This document shows, piece by piece, positions 1-8,309 of a stretch of 32,000 nucleotides of DNA (position 1 is the first letter of the stretch; the number at the start of each line of letters is the position of its first letter). The notes below the pieces were generated by a model. The model was not told the origin of the DNA and searched no databases. It worked only from the letters and a program-made list of their open reading frames with translations. The stretch lies in NCBI RefSeq assembly GCF_000270205.1, contig NC_015913.1, forward strand, positions 1,170,001-1,202,000, written 5' to 3'. The DNA is from Candidatus Arthromitus sp. SFB-mouse-Japan (GTDB taxonomy: Bacteria > Bacillota > Clostridia > Clostridiales > Clostridiaceae). The position numbers and the translations under genes were made by a program.

Positions 1-153
1 CGCTTCAATAAATTTACTTATGTAATTAAAAATCTCATGAGTAATAACATACTCGTCTATCTCAACTATCTCTCTCCCCATATTTTCTGAAACTTTAACT
101 ACACTTTGTATATCTCTCTCAACATCTTTTAAAAAAATATCTTTGATAAACAT
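1..153 (-). CDS. Partial CDS (N-terminal 51 codons only; gene runs off the left edge). The N-terminus resembles BREX P-loop protein BrxC/PglY (DUF499-type).
   Basis: ATG at 151-153 (minus) is preceded by GAGGTG at 5-nt spacing. Translation is MFIKDIFLKDVERDIQSVVKVSENMGREIVEIDEYVITHEIFNYISKFIEA. The pattern IKDIF-KD-x-R-x-I-x-x-V-x-KV ... E-x-DEYV-x-T-x-EI matches my recollection of BrxC N-termini. Not in the supplied ORF track because it is truncated. Confidence 0.4.
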   Translation of the reverse strand, partial: MFIKDIFLKDVERDIQSVVKVSENMGREIVEIDEYVITHEIFNYISKFIEA

Positions 154-163
154 ATTACACCTC

Positions 164-206
164 AAAAAATAACAACTTATAATTCAAAAAACCAAATTAT
201 AAGTTG
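164..206 (-). terminator. Rho-independent terminator downstream of pgi
   Basis: Perfect 12-bp inverted repeat caacttataatt (173-184) / aattataagttg (195-206) with a 10-nt loop. On the minus strand it is followed by TTATTTTTT. Confidence 0.6.
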
Positions 207-224
207 CTATAAAATCATTTTAAA

Positions 225-1577
225 TTATAATCTTTTTTCAAGTTCATTCTTCAAACTTTCAAATCCTTTTTTACCAAGAAGTGCAAACATATTTCTCTTA
301 TAATTTTCAACACCCTCCTGATTGAATGGATTCACAGCAGCCAAGTGACCACTTATACCACAAGCTTTTTCAAAGAAATAGATCATATATCCAATATGAT
401 AAGCATCAATCTTAGGTATAGTAACAACCATATTAGGAACTCCGCCATCTAAATGAGCAAGAAGCGTCCCTGCAAAAGCTTTTTTATTAACAAAATCAAC
501 TGTCTTACCATTTAAATAATTAAGACCATCAATATCTCCATCCATGTTCTTAATTGTAAGATCTTTTAATGGATTTTCTACATTTATAACAGTCTCCATA
601 ATATTTCTCATTCCATCTTGTATATACTGACCAAGTGAATGCAAATCTGTAGACAAATTAACAGAAGACGGATAAATTCCTTTTTTATCCTTTCCTTCAC
701 TTTCTCCATATAATTGTTTCCACCATTCAGCAAAGAAAGTAAGTGATGGCTCATATGATGCTAAAATTTCTGTACTATAACCCTTTCTATAAAGAATATT
801 TCTTGTTGCAGCATATCTGTAACAAGCATTTTCATCTAAATTGTCGCTTCCAAAATCTTTTATAGCATCTCTAGCACCCTGCATGAGAGCATCAATATCT
901 GCACCAGAAACAGCTATAGGTAAAAGTCCAACTGGAGTTAATACAGAAAATCTTCCTCCAACGTCATCTGGTATTACAAAAGTTTCATATCCCTCACTAT
1001 CAGCAAGACCTTTCAATGCCCCTCTTGCCTTATCAGTTGTGGCTATTATTCTATCCCTCGCACCATCTTTTCCATATTTTTCTTCCAAAAAACTTTTGAA
1101 AAATCTAAATGCAAGAGCTGGTTCTGTAGTAGTTCCAGATTTAGATATAACATTCACATAAACACTTTTATCTTTAATTAACTCTAATAAATCAATTAAA
1201 TAAGTAGAGCTTATACTATTTCCTGCAAAAAATATCTGAGGGGCTTTTCTATCTTCTGGACTTAAATAATTAAAGAAAGTACTATTTAAAGATTCGATAC
1301 AAGCTTTAGCTCCTAAATATGAACCTCCTATACCTATAACTATTAAAACATCCGCATTATCCCTTATTTTCTGTGCTGTAATCTTAATTCTATTATACTC
1401 TTCTCTATCATAATCATTTGGCAGGTTTATCCAACCCAAAAAGTCACTTCCAGCTCCCGTATTACTTTTAAGTAATTCATGAGCAAGCTTAACCTGAGGT
1501 GTTATCAAAGCCAACTCTTCACTATTTATATAATTTCCTAATTTTGAATCATCAAATTTCAACTTACATGTAGACAT
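225..1577 (-). CDS. pgi: Glucose-6-phosphate isomerase (Firmicute-type, ~450 aa)
   Basis: 450-aa ORF with AGGAGGG RBS 7 nt upstream. PGI-like segments are visible: [33 protein letters not shown]. Confidence 0.95.
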   Translation of the reverse strand: MSTCKLKFDDSKLGNYINSEELALITPQVKLAHELLKSNTGAGSDFLGWINLPNDYDREEYNRIKITAQKIRDNADVLIVIGIGGSYLGAKACIESLNSTFFNYLSPEDRKAPQIFFAGNSISSTYLIDLLELIKDKSVYVNVISKSGTTTEPALAFRFFKSFLEEKYGKDGARDRIIATTDKARGALKGLADSEGYETFVIPDDVGGRFSVLTPVGLLPIAVSGADIDALMQGARDAIKDFGSDNLDENACYRYAATRNILYRKGYSTEILASYEPSLTFFAEWWKQLYGESEGKDKKGIYPSSVNLSTDLHSLGQYIQDGMRNIMETVINVENPLKDLTIKNMDGDIDGLNYLNGKTVDFVNKKAFAGTLLAHLDGGVPNMVVTIPKIDAYHIGYMIYFFEKACGISGHLAAVNPFNQEGVENYKRNMFALLGKKGFESLKNELEKRL

Positions 1578-1632
1578 TAAATACCCTCCTTAAGATTTTT
1601 TTAAATTTATGAAAAAACAAATCTCTATAAAA

Positions 1633-1821
1633 TTATTTTAAAATAACTTTAGTTAAAAATAAAGTAAATAAAAAATAAACCAAAATTATAATAAATACAA
1701 AAGGCAAAATAGCCTTATATGCACTCTTAACTAATAACCAAAAATCTTGCTTGTCTATTTCTATCTTTTTATTAATTTCATCTTTACCATCATCTTTTTT
1801 ATTATTCCTATTAAACAACAT
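1633..1821 (-). CDS. Small hypothetical membrane protein (62 aa): Lys/Asp-rich N-terminus and one C-terminal TM helix
   Basis: ATG start with a weak AAGGA RBS at ~12 nt. Hydrophobic stretch AILPFVFIIILVYFLFTLFL. No family recognised. Confidence 0.4.
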   Translation of the reverse strand: MLFNRNNKKDDGKDEINKKIEIDKQDFWLLVKSAYKAILPFVFIIILVYFLFTLFLTKVILK

Positions 1822-1876
1822 ATTTCAACTTTATCCTTCTAACATAACTGATACCTTAATTATAAATTTTGAGCAT

Positions 1877-1921
1877 AAAAAAAACAATAAAAAGCGTTAA
1901 CAAATTCGCTTATTTATTGTT
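1877..1921 (-). terminator. Rho-independent terminator ending the ABC/LiaF-like operon
   Basis: On the minus strand, AACAATAAA(T)AAGCG pairs with CGCTTTTTATTGTT (14 bp, one bulge) around a 10-nt loop, followed by TTTTTT. Confidence 0.6.
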
Positions 1922-1930
1922 TCCTAAAAA

Positions 1931-2572
1931 TTATATAATATCTATAACACTTAAAATATTTTTACATGTAATATTAATAGTCTTATATACTCCATCTACT
2001 CTCCTTATATATCTACCATTTAATATTACATTCCAAGATAAATCAGTATTTAAAACAATTTCACTCATATAGGAACTAATATTACAATCAACAATTTGAT
2101 TATGCATAGTATCTGCATTAGAAAAATCTAAATTAAGATTAGATACAACCGCAACTACATTTACATTTAAAAGATTCTGTGAAACACCATTAATATGCAA
2201 TGTAGAAAATACTTCTTTCACATAAACTTGATCTCTACTATCCTTAAATATTCCCTTTTTATTAGTAAATATCTGTGACTTTACACAAAGTAAATAAGCC
2301 CCATAAATTAAAAATACTAATGCTAATGTAAACTCCAAGCTAATTCCAGAAAATATAATAATTAAAGCTACGCCAACTATAATAAATATCTTACCCGCAG
2401 TCTTTGTATACCTATCCTTTAACAACGTAATACCATTATAAATAAGTAAGACAGATATGATATAAATCAAAACTCTAAAACTATTAAATATATTTACTCC
2501 TCCAATAAGGAAAATTAGTCCAAGAACTAAAAAGAGTAATCCCTTTAAAAAATTATGATTTTTTGTAAACAT
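1931..2572 (-). CDS. Membrane protein with ~4 N-terminal TM helices and a LiaF-like (DUF2154-type) beta-rich C-terminal domain
   Basis: Preferred start is the ATG at 2572 (MFTKNHNFLKG...) with GGGGGTG RBS 5 nt upstream; the track start at 2605 lacks an RBS. The C-terminal pattern of alternating short beta-like segments (NLNLDFSNADT...ISSYMSEIVLNTDLSWNVILNG) resembles the LiaF C-domain. The family call is by resemblance only. Confidence 0.5.
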   Translation of the reverse strand: MFTKNHNFLKGLLFLVLGLIFLIGGVNIFNSFRVLIYIISVLLIYNGITLLKDRYTKTAGKIFIIVGVALIIIFSGISLEFTLALVFLIYGAYLLCVKSQIFTNKKGIFKDSRDQVYVKEVFSTLHINGVSQNLLNVNVVAVVSNLNLDFSNADTMHNQIVDCNISSYMSEIVLNTDLSWNVILNGRYIRRVDGVYKTINITCKNILSVIDII

Positions 2573-2601
2573 ACAACACCCCCATAACTGTATAATCAAA
2601 A

Positions 2602-3783
2602 TCACTTATTCTTCCTTAAATTTTTTCCTTTAAATTTAATCATTTGTCTACTAAACTTAATATTTATATACACCAATATTACTATCGTAACCATCATTAT
2701 TAAAAAAGCAACAATATCTTTATATATAACAAAATTATTATCAGTAATCACTATAAACGGAGTAAAAAATGGAATACATACTAATAAATTTTTCAAATAA
2801 TTAGCTGGAAACTGTAAATTAACCATTGAGAAAAAATATCCTATAGAAATCAAAAATACAATTGGAATTAATCCTATTGATAATTCCTCAATCTTATCAA
2901 TCACACTCCCTATCAAAGTAAATAATAAACCATATATTATAAACCCTAATATAAAATACAGTACATATTTTAACATAAATACAGTGTCAAACACTATAAT
3001 TTCTTTAATTATCGGAAAATACTTATCACTCATCAAACCCGTTATTAAAAACAAAATTCCTATGAAATATAACAACTGCATTAATGCAACCAATAAATAA
3101 CCAAATAATTTCCCCAATATAATTACAGGTAATCTAACTTTAGTTATAAATATATCAATTATTTTTGAGCTCTTCTCTATATTTACATTCATAGCTATAA
3201 ATTGTCCATATAATACAAAAATTGTATAGATGAATAGAAGCAACAAAAACGGATATGTATAATTTTTGATAACACCTATAACTTTATTTTTAGATAAACT
3301 CAATGATTCAAAATTGTAATTAGGATAACTTACACCATCTTCAAATTTCTTGCTTAAAATATATCTATCCAATATAAATTTGATTTCAGGATAATTCTCC
3401 CTTGTAAAGATATTAATCGTATTTTTAGAAATTACATTTATGTATCCATCGATATCCCCATTGTTTAATTTATCCATTAATTTATCTTCCGTAATTTCTC
3501 TTTCAACTAATTTAAAATAATACTTATTATCTAAATTATCTTCTATATTCCTTAAATATAAATTCAGCTCCAAATCATCATCAAATATATAATTCTTACC
3601 ATCAGAGATATAAATCAAATATTCACTACTATCTCCTGATACGAAATTTAACTTCACAATTAAATCTGGTAAGATCAATATAACCATAATTAAAAGAGAT
3701 ATTACCAAAGTAGATATCTTAAAAAAATTTCTACTAATAATATCTCTGAAGTTATACGCAGCTATTATAAAAAATTTGTTCAC
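2602..3783 (-). CDS. ABC-2 family transporter permease (NatB/YhaP-like topology: TM1, ~130-aa extracytoplasmic domain, 5 further TM helices)
   Basis: 393-aa ORF whose GTG start directly abuts the ATPase stop. Topology is read from hydrophobic segments. It sits immediately downstream of the ABC ATPase. Confidence 0.8.
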   Translation of the reverse strand: MNKFFIIAAYNFRDIISRNFFKISTLVISLLIMVILILPDLIVKLNFVSGDSSEYLIYISDGKNYIFDDDLELNLYLRNIEDNLDNKYYFKLVEREITEDKLMDKLNNGDIDGYINVISKNTINIFTRENYPEIKFILDRYILSKKFEDGVSYPNYNFESLSLSKNKVIGVIKNYTYPFLLLLFIYTIFVLYGQFIAMNVNIEKSSKIIDIFITKVRLPVIILGKLFGYLLVALMQLLYFIGILFLITGLMSDKYFPIIKEIIVFDTVFMLKYVLYFILGFIIYGLLFTLIGSVIDKIEELSIGLIPIVFLISIGYFFSMVNLQFPANYLKNLLVCIPFFTPFIVITDNNFVIYKDIVAFLIMMVTIVILVYINIKFSRQMIKFKGKNLRKNK

Positions 3784-4674
3784 CTATAAATCACCAGCCG
3801 TATTCAAAAAAATTTCATGTAATGATTTATATTTTAAACCAAAGTTAAAAATCTTAATCCTATTATTGTACAAAATATTTAATATATCACCTGCAACATT
3901 TTCATTTAATATCTCTATCTCATAAGTATTCTTATTTTTTACTATTCCTTTAACACCATATATTTTTAAATTCGGCAAATTCCCGTCTATCTCAAGAATT
4001 AATTTATTTCTGCCATAGGACTTTTTAATATTAAATAAATTTCCTTCAATGGTCTGAATTCCATTTTTAAAAATAGATATCTTATCACAAAATTCCTCTA
4101 TATAATGCGTTTGATGAGTACAGAATATAATGTATTTACCACTATTAACAAGTTCAATTACTATATTTCTTAATGTTTCAGAATTTACTGGATCCAATCC
4201 ACTAAATGGCTCATCAAATATTAAAATATCTGGATCATGAATTATAGTTGAAATTATTTGTACTTTCTGCTGATTACCCTTAGATAAGGTTTCTATTGGC
4301 TTATTGATATACTCTTCTAATTGAAACTTTTCTACCCAATAATTAATTTTAGTTTTTGATTCCTTAACATCAAGTCCAGATATTCTTGAAAAATAAAACA
4401 AATGATTCCATACCGTGCTCTTATAATAAAGGCTCTTTTCTTCTGGCAAATATCCTATTTTTTCACCAATAACATTTAACTCTTTATTTTTAAATAAAAC
4501 CTGACCACTATCTTTACTTATTATATCCAAAATCATTTTAATGGTAGTAGTCTTACCTGCCCCATTTCTACCCAATATTCCATATGCTCTACCTGCTTCA
4601 ACTTCAAAATTAACTCTATTTACGACTTTTTTATCACCATATGTCTTATTTAAGTTTATAATCTTCAAACTCAT
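3784..4674 (-). CDS. ABC transporter ATP-binding protein (NatA/ABC-2 subfamily)
   Basis: Walker A GRNGAGKTT, signature LSKGNQQKV, Walker B ILIFDEP, H-loop CTHQTH. Confidence 0.92.
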   Translation of the reverse strand: MSLKIINLNKTYGDKKVVNRVNFEVEAGRAYGILGRNGAGKTTTIKMILDIISKDSGQVLFKNKELNVIGEKIGYLPEEKSLYYKSTVWNHLFYFSRISGLDVKESKTKINYWVEKFQLEEYINKPIETLSKGNQQKVQIISTIIHDPDILIFDEPFSGLDPVNSETLRNIVIELVNSGKYIIFCTHQTHYIEEFCDKISIFKNGIQTIEGNLFNIKKSYGRNKLILEIDGNLPNLKIYGVKGIVKNKNTYEIEILNENVAGDILNILYNNRIKIFNFGLKYKSLHEIFLNTAGDL

Positions 4675-4677
4675 AAT

Positions 4678-5232
4678 CTAATTTTTCTGCGTAATATCAA
4701 TTCCATAATTTTCTTTATAATAATTAATTATGTAATCTTCTGCCTCTGGAATTTCAACATTTTGGAAATGATCTCTCTTTTCAGTTAAATCCTTCTGAAC
4801 TTGCTCACTTTCATAAGCTTGTTCGTTTACCATTTCTCTAAATTTAGCTTGCTGTACAATACCTCCCACTACTCCTGTTACAAGCATAGCTCCAGATAAT
4901 ACTCCACTAGCTGCAACTAACTTATTAAATGGATGGTTTGGCCTTTGTTGTTCAACAGTCCTTTGAGTTTCTATTTCAGTTAACCTTTGATTCAAATTAT
5001 TAATATCTAAAGTTGAATTAAGCTGGGAAGATCTAGATAAAGATGATGAGACTCTCCTAACGTTCTGAGATCTATTCGTAACATTCCCTATAGAACTAGC
5101 TACACTAGATACTCTTCTAATAATTGACGCATTTGCACTAACTAAACTTCCACTTAAAACACAAATATTAATTAAAGCAAATGTTAGCATTGACTTGTTC
5201 TTATTTAATTTAAATTTACATACATTACCCAT
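4678..5232 (-). CDS. Hypothetical secreted/membrane protein P2 (184 aa): signal-peptide-like N-terminus, Ser/Arg-rich segment, glycine-zipper TM. Paralog of the upstream gene.
   Basis: GAGGG RBS 8 nt upstream. N-terminus is MGNVCKFKLNKNKS + hydrophobic core + SANAS. RRVSS occurs twice. TM is AASGVLSGAMLVTGVVGGIV, followed by AYESEQVQKDL. Only 3 nt separate it from the ABC ATPase start. Confidence 0.7.
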   Translation of the reverse strand: MGNVCKFKLNKNKSMLTFALINICVLSGSLVSANASIIRRVSSVASSIGNVTNRSQNVRRVSSSLSRSSQLNSTLDINNLNQRLTEIETQRTVEQQRPNHPFNKLVAASGVLSGAMLVTGVVGGIVQQAKFREMVNEQAYESEQVQKDLTEKRDHFQNVEIPEAEDYIINYYKENYGIDITQKN

Positions 5233-5236
5233 ATCT

Positions 5237-5713
5237 TTATCCCTCAGTTCCTATACTAAATCCAGGTTTTACCTCTGGAGTACTCTCTGGTTTAGCTATT
5301 GGATTCTTATATTTTTCAGGCATTGCTACTCCCCAACTATTAAAAAGATTTTGCATATATTTTTCACGTTCTTCGTAATACGCATCATACGTATTTTCAA
5401 TTATGTCTTTCTGTACTTTTTCAGATTGATGGTATTGAGATTGAGTTAATCCTAATCCAACGGCTGTACCTACAGCACCAACTATTGAAACACTTAATCC
5501 AATACCTCCTAACGTCTTTTCTTGAGGGGTCAACCTATATCTAACATTTGTGACTAATGGTCTTTGTACTGTTCTTGATACTACACTCGCTGTTCCCCTA
5601 ATAGATGCATTAGCTTTTTCACTCTGAGTCGCCAAAATATTAAATGCTATAGGCCCAGCAACCAATGTGCTAAGCATGCATTTTATCGCATTCACCTTCT
5701 TTTTATGTAACAT
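5237..5713 (-). CDS. Hypothetical secreted/membrane protein P1 (158 aa); paralog of 4678-5232
   Basis: AGGAGG RBS 5 nt upstream. N-terminus is MLHKKKVNAIK + hydrophobic core + EKANAS. TM is GGIGLSVSIVGAVGTAVGLGL, followed by QYHQSEKVQKDI. Module order is the same as in P2. Confidence 0.7.
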   Translation of the reverse strand: MLHKKKVNAIKCMLSTLVAGPIAFNILATQSEKANASIRGTASVVSRTVQRPLVTNVRYRLTPQEKTLGGIGLSVSIVGAVGTAVGLGLTQSQYHQSEKVQKDIIENTYDAYYEEREKYMQNLFNSWGVAMPEKYKNPIAKPESTPEVKPGFSIGTEG

Positions 5714-5874
5714 ATTCTCCTCCTAAATTACCATGTGCCATAACATATTTACAACAAAACAAATATGGCAAAAAAATTTCAATACATTTTGCTAAAAATA
5801 TTTAAAATTAAGTATTACCCAACAATTATAAAAATAATATAAAGTGTTAACATTTTTAAAAGAGGTTTAATCTA

Positions 5875-6675
5875 ATGGACACTTTAACAAATACTATTAA
5901 CTCAAAAGTAAATTGTTTAAATCTAGATATTGAGGAATTGCTATATACGGAACTTTCATTTATAACAAATCAAATAAAATACGATTTTAGACAAAATTCT
6001 CTAAATAACCTTTCAAAATATATTGAAAAATTAGATGAAATCAAAACGCTTAAACACGGCATAACATCATATATAAATTCCTACGATTTTTCTGCAAATC
6101 TCGATTTTACAGAAACATCAAATGATATAGAAAATGCAATAGCTACATCTGGAAATGTGTATATAAAACCAAATATTCAGAAAATAAGCAATATCCCAAC
6201 ATCATACTCAAATATTCCAGATAATAATTACTATTTTTATAATTTTAATGCTGACTACGGGGAAACGGATAAAAGTCTAAATCTTGTCTATAAATTAATA
6301 AAGATTGAAGACTTCGACTTGTTTCCATTAAAAATAAGTGGATTAAAATTATTTGATAATATTTTTCTTGGACAAACCTTTAGAGATTCAATGAAAAAAT
6401 TGTTCTCTTTTTTATTCATGCTAAATGAATTACCAATCATAGAAATTTGTAATAAACAATCAGAATATTTTTCAAACTCTGCTGCTAATATGAATAAGCC
6501 TATTATGCTCAAAGAAAATGAATGTTATTTCGAGTCAAATGTAGATGAAGATGAGGCTATAGAAATGATAAAAACATTTTTAAATCATATAGACATTGAT
6601 TTATCAGCTTGCAAAGTTTTAATGAATTGTTCTATTGACAAGGAAAATGAACATTATATAACAATTGTTTTATAA
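5875..6675 (+). CDS. Hypothetical protein (266 aa), no recognisable family; the only plus-strand gene in the window
   Basis: ATG with AGAGG RBS ~9 nt upstream. Uninterrupted 266-codon ORF ending at a strong bidirectional terminator. No signal peptide or TM segment seen. Confidence 0.6.
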   Translation: MDTLTNTINSKVNCLNLDIEELLYTELSFITNQIKYDFRQNSLNNLSKYIEKLDEIKTLKHGITSYINSYDFSANLDFTETSNDIENAIATSGNVYIKPNIQKISNIPTSYSNIPDNNYYFYNFNADYGETDKSLNLVYKLIKIEDFDLFPLKISGLKLFDNIFLGQTFRDSMKKLFSFLFMLNELPIIEICNKQSEYFSNSAANMNKPIMLKENECYFESNVDEDEAIEMIKTFLNHIDIDLSACKVLMNCSIDKENEHYITIVL

Positions 6676-6678
6676 AAT

Positions 6679-6708
6679 AAAGGCAACATATACGTATATG
6701 TTGCCTTT
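6679..6708. terminator. Bidirectional rho-independent terminator between convergent genes
   Basis: 30-nt perfect palindrome aaaggcaacatatacgtatatgttgccttt with A/T runs on both sides. Confidence 0.8.
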
Positions 6709-6738
6709 AACTTTAAAGCTTATTATTTAATTACAAGC

Positions 6739-7008
6739 TTAATATTCAATATCTAATATACATATAGCATCGTCTTCCAAAAAGTAATAAACAAACTCAA
6801 CCATGTATTCATTCTCTAAACGAATTCTTATTTTGTAATATATATTCCCTAAAAAGTCAAACACATCTCTATATATATATTCAATAATATCATAATTTAA
6901 AATATCCTGAACCTTCTCTAAAAATATATCTTCATCTTTAAACTTCTTACATAAAAGAGTGTCCAATACCTCCACTAAAACTTCCCCCTTATATCGATAA
7001 TAATACAA
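6739..7008 (-). CDS. Small hypothetical protein (79-89 aa), start uncertain
   Basis: The track start at 7008 is TTG without an RBS. The GTG at 6978 is preceded by AAGGGGGA at 7-nt spacing and would give MEVLDTLLCKKF... No family recognised. Confidence 0.4.
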   Translation of the reverse strand: MYYYRYKGEVLVEVLDTLLCKKFKDEDIFLEKVQDILNYDIIEYIYRDVFDFLGNIYYKIRIRLENEYMVEFVYYFLEDDAICILDIEY

Positions 7009-7090
7009 GTCTAATTGCTAAATATGTAAATTTTAAATTATTATTAATAATAATTTCATTATAACATAATATTTAAAAATTTTCCATGTA

Positions 7091-7636
7091 TTAGAATAAA
7101 ATCATTTTATTTCTAACTTCCTCACTAACCTTATCGCCTCGCAACAATGACAATAACTTAAATCCAAAATCAAATATAGATCCAGCACAATTAGATGTTA
7201 TTATCTTATTATTTATTACAACCTTCTCTTTCAAATATATACCATTCTTTACAAACTGCTCAAATCCTTCATAACAAGTAAATTTATTATTCTCAAGTAA
7301 ACCAGCATCACCTAAAATTACAGGAGCTGCACAAATAGCTGATAAATATTTATTATTTGAATACATATATTCAATCAATTCGTATATTGGTTTAAATTTC
7401 CTTATTTCCTCAACTCCACCGACTCCGCCTGGAAATATTGCCATCTCATAATCTGCAAAATTAATATCAAAAAACAGCTTATCACATATAATTTTTATGT
7501 CATGTGCACCAAATACTTCTAAAGAATCCGTTATAGATACCATGTGCACATCAACATTTCCTCTCCTTAAAATATCTACAACACTAATAGACTCGAGTTC
7601 CTCAAATCCCTTTGCAATAAAAATACAAACCTTCAT
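7091..7636 (-). CDS. DJ-1/PfpI (ThiJ) family protein
   Basis: 181 aa. N-terminus is MKVCIFIAKGFEELE. The nucleophile-elbow motif AICAAP with conserved Cys and FPGG are typical of DJ-1/YajL-type proteins. Confidence 0.88.
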   Translation of the reverse strand: MKVCIFIAKGFEELESISVVDILRRGNVDVHMVSITDSLEVFGAHDIKIICDKLFFDINFADYEMAIFPGGVGGVEEIRKFKPIYELIEYMYSNNKYLSAICAAPVILGDAGLLENNKFTCYEGFEQFVKNGIYLKEKVVINNKIITSNCAGSIFDFGFKLLSLLRGDKVSEEVRNKMILF

Positions 7637-7793
7637 TAGTTAATCACCACTTTTAAATAAATTTTAATATATAAATAATTGCTTAACTATGATATAATTA
7701 AGTAAGTTACAAGTTATGTTTTAGGTAGCTTCCATATATTATTAATTAAAACATATTCTTCTCCTACTTTAACCTAAAACATATCGTGTAACT

Positions 7794-8237
7794 TTAATTT
7801 ATTCCACTTGATCCAAATCCATTAGATCCTCTGTCAGTATCATTATTTATATAATCTACTTTACATATTTTAACATTATATGTAGGTTTTAATACTAGTT
7901 GTGCAACCTTCATTCCTTCTTTAATCATAAAATCTTGTTTCCCATGATTTATAATTACTATTTTAACCTCTCCTCTATATCCTTCATCTATAGTTCCCGG
8001 AGCATTTAATACAGTTATCTGATTATTTAGTGCAAGCCCACTCTTAGGTCTAACTTGAATTTCCGTGTTTTTAGGCAATTCTAATACTAGTCCAATAGAT
8101 ATCAATTCACTTTCTCCACTTTTAATCAATTTATCTTCTACAGAAAACACATCCATTCCAGCATCACCAGGATTTGCGAATTCTGGTAATTTAGAGTTTG
8201 GATATAATAGTTTAACTTTTAATTCATACATGTTCAT
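7794..8237 (-). CDS. dut: dUTP diphosphatase (trimeric dUTPase)
   Basis: 147 aa. Motifs AGMDV, RPKSGLA, GTIDEGYRGE and the C-terminal RGSNGFGSSG. Confidence 0.93.
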   Translation of the reverse strand: MNMYELKVKLLYPNSKLPEFANPGDAGMDVFSVEDKLIKSGESELISIGLVLELPKNTEIQVRPKSGLALNNQITVLNAPGTIDEGYRGEVKIVIINHGKQDFMIKEGMKVAQLVLKPTYNVKICKVDYINNDTDRGSNGFGSSGIN

Positions 8238-8309
8238 CTACCTAACCTATGTTCTTTTTATTATATAGTAATCCTTAATCTTGTTTAAAACTACCCTTAA
8301 TTAATAAAT

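Noticed and set aside
841-1161. Plus-strand ORFs embedded antisense to strongly supported minus-strand genes. They are 841-1161, 8065-8268, 8368-8619, 9880-10071, 10886-11245, 12727-12969, 14128-14334, 17056-17325, 25063-25422, 25215-25400, 25528-25812, 26539-26844, 27177-27365, 27742-28230, 28950-29150 and 29370-29795.
   Set aside because: Each lies wholly inside a gene with clear family motifs on the opposite strand. Their translations are low-complexity Ser/Ile/Leu/Phe-rich shadows, and no RBS or independent motif was seen.
1869-2072. 67-aa plus-strand ORF overlapping the terminator and the 3' end of the LiaF-like gene. The 5195-5449 and 6288-6512 ORFs are similar cases.
   Set aside because: They overlap better-supported genes or structures, have no RBS, and have an Ile/Leu/Phe-rich composition typical of AT-rich antisense frames.
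6739-7008. The small ORF as a RelE/ParE-type toxin. Its C-terminus YKIRIRLENEYMVEFVYYFLEDDAICILDI faintly recalls the YRiiY...ed..i.il pattern.
   Set aside because: The resemblance is weak and confined to a few hydrophobic positions. There is no upstream antitoxin ORF (only 82 nt to the next gene), and the start codon is uncertain.
7035-7056. 22-nt perfect palindrome aaattattattaataataattt between the DJ-1 gene stop and the small ORF
   Set aside because: It is composed only of A/T in a very AT-rich intergenic region. It would form a very weak hairpin and is expected fairly often by chance.
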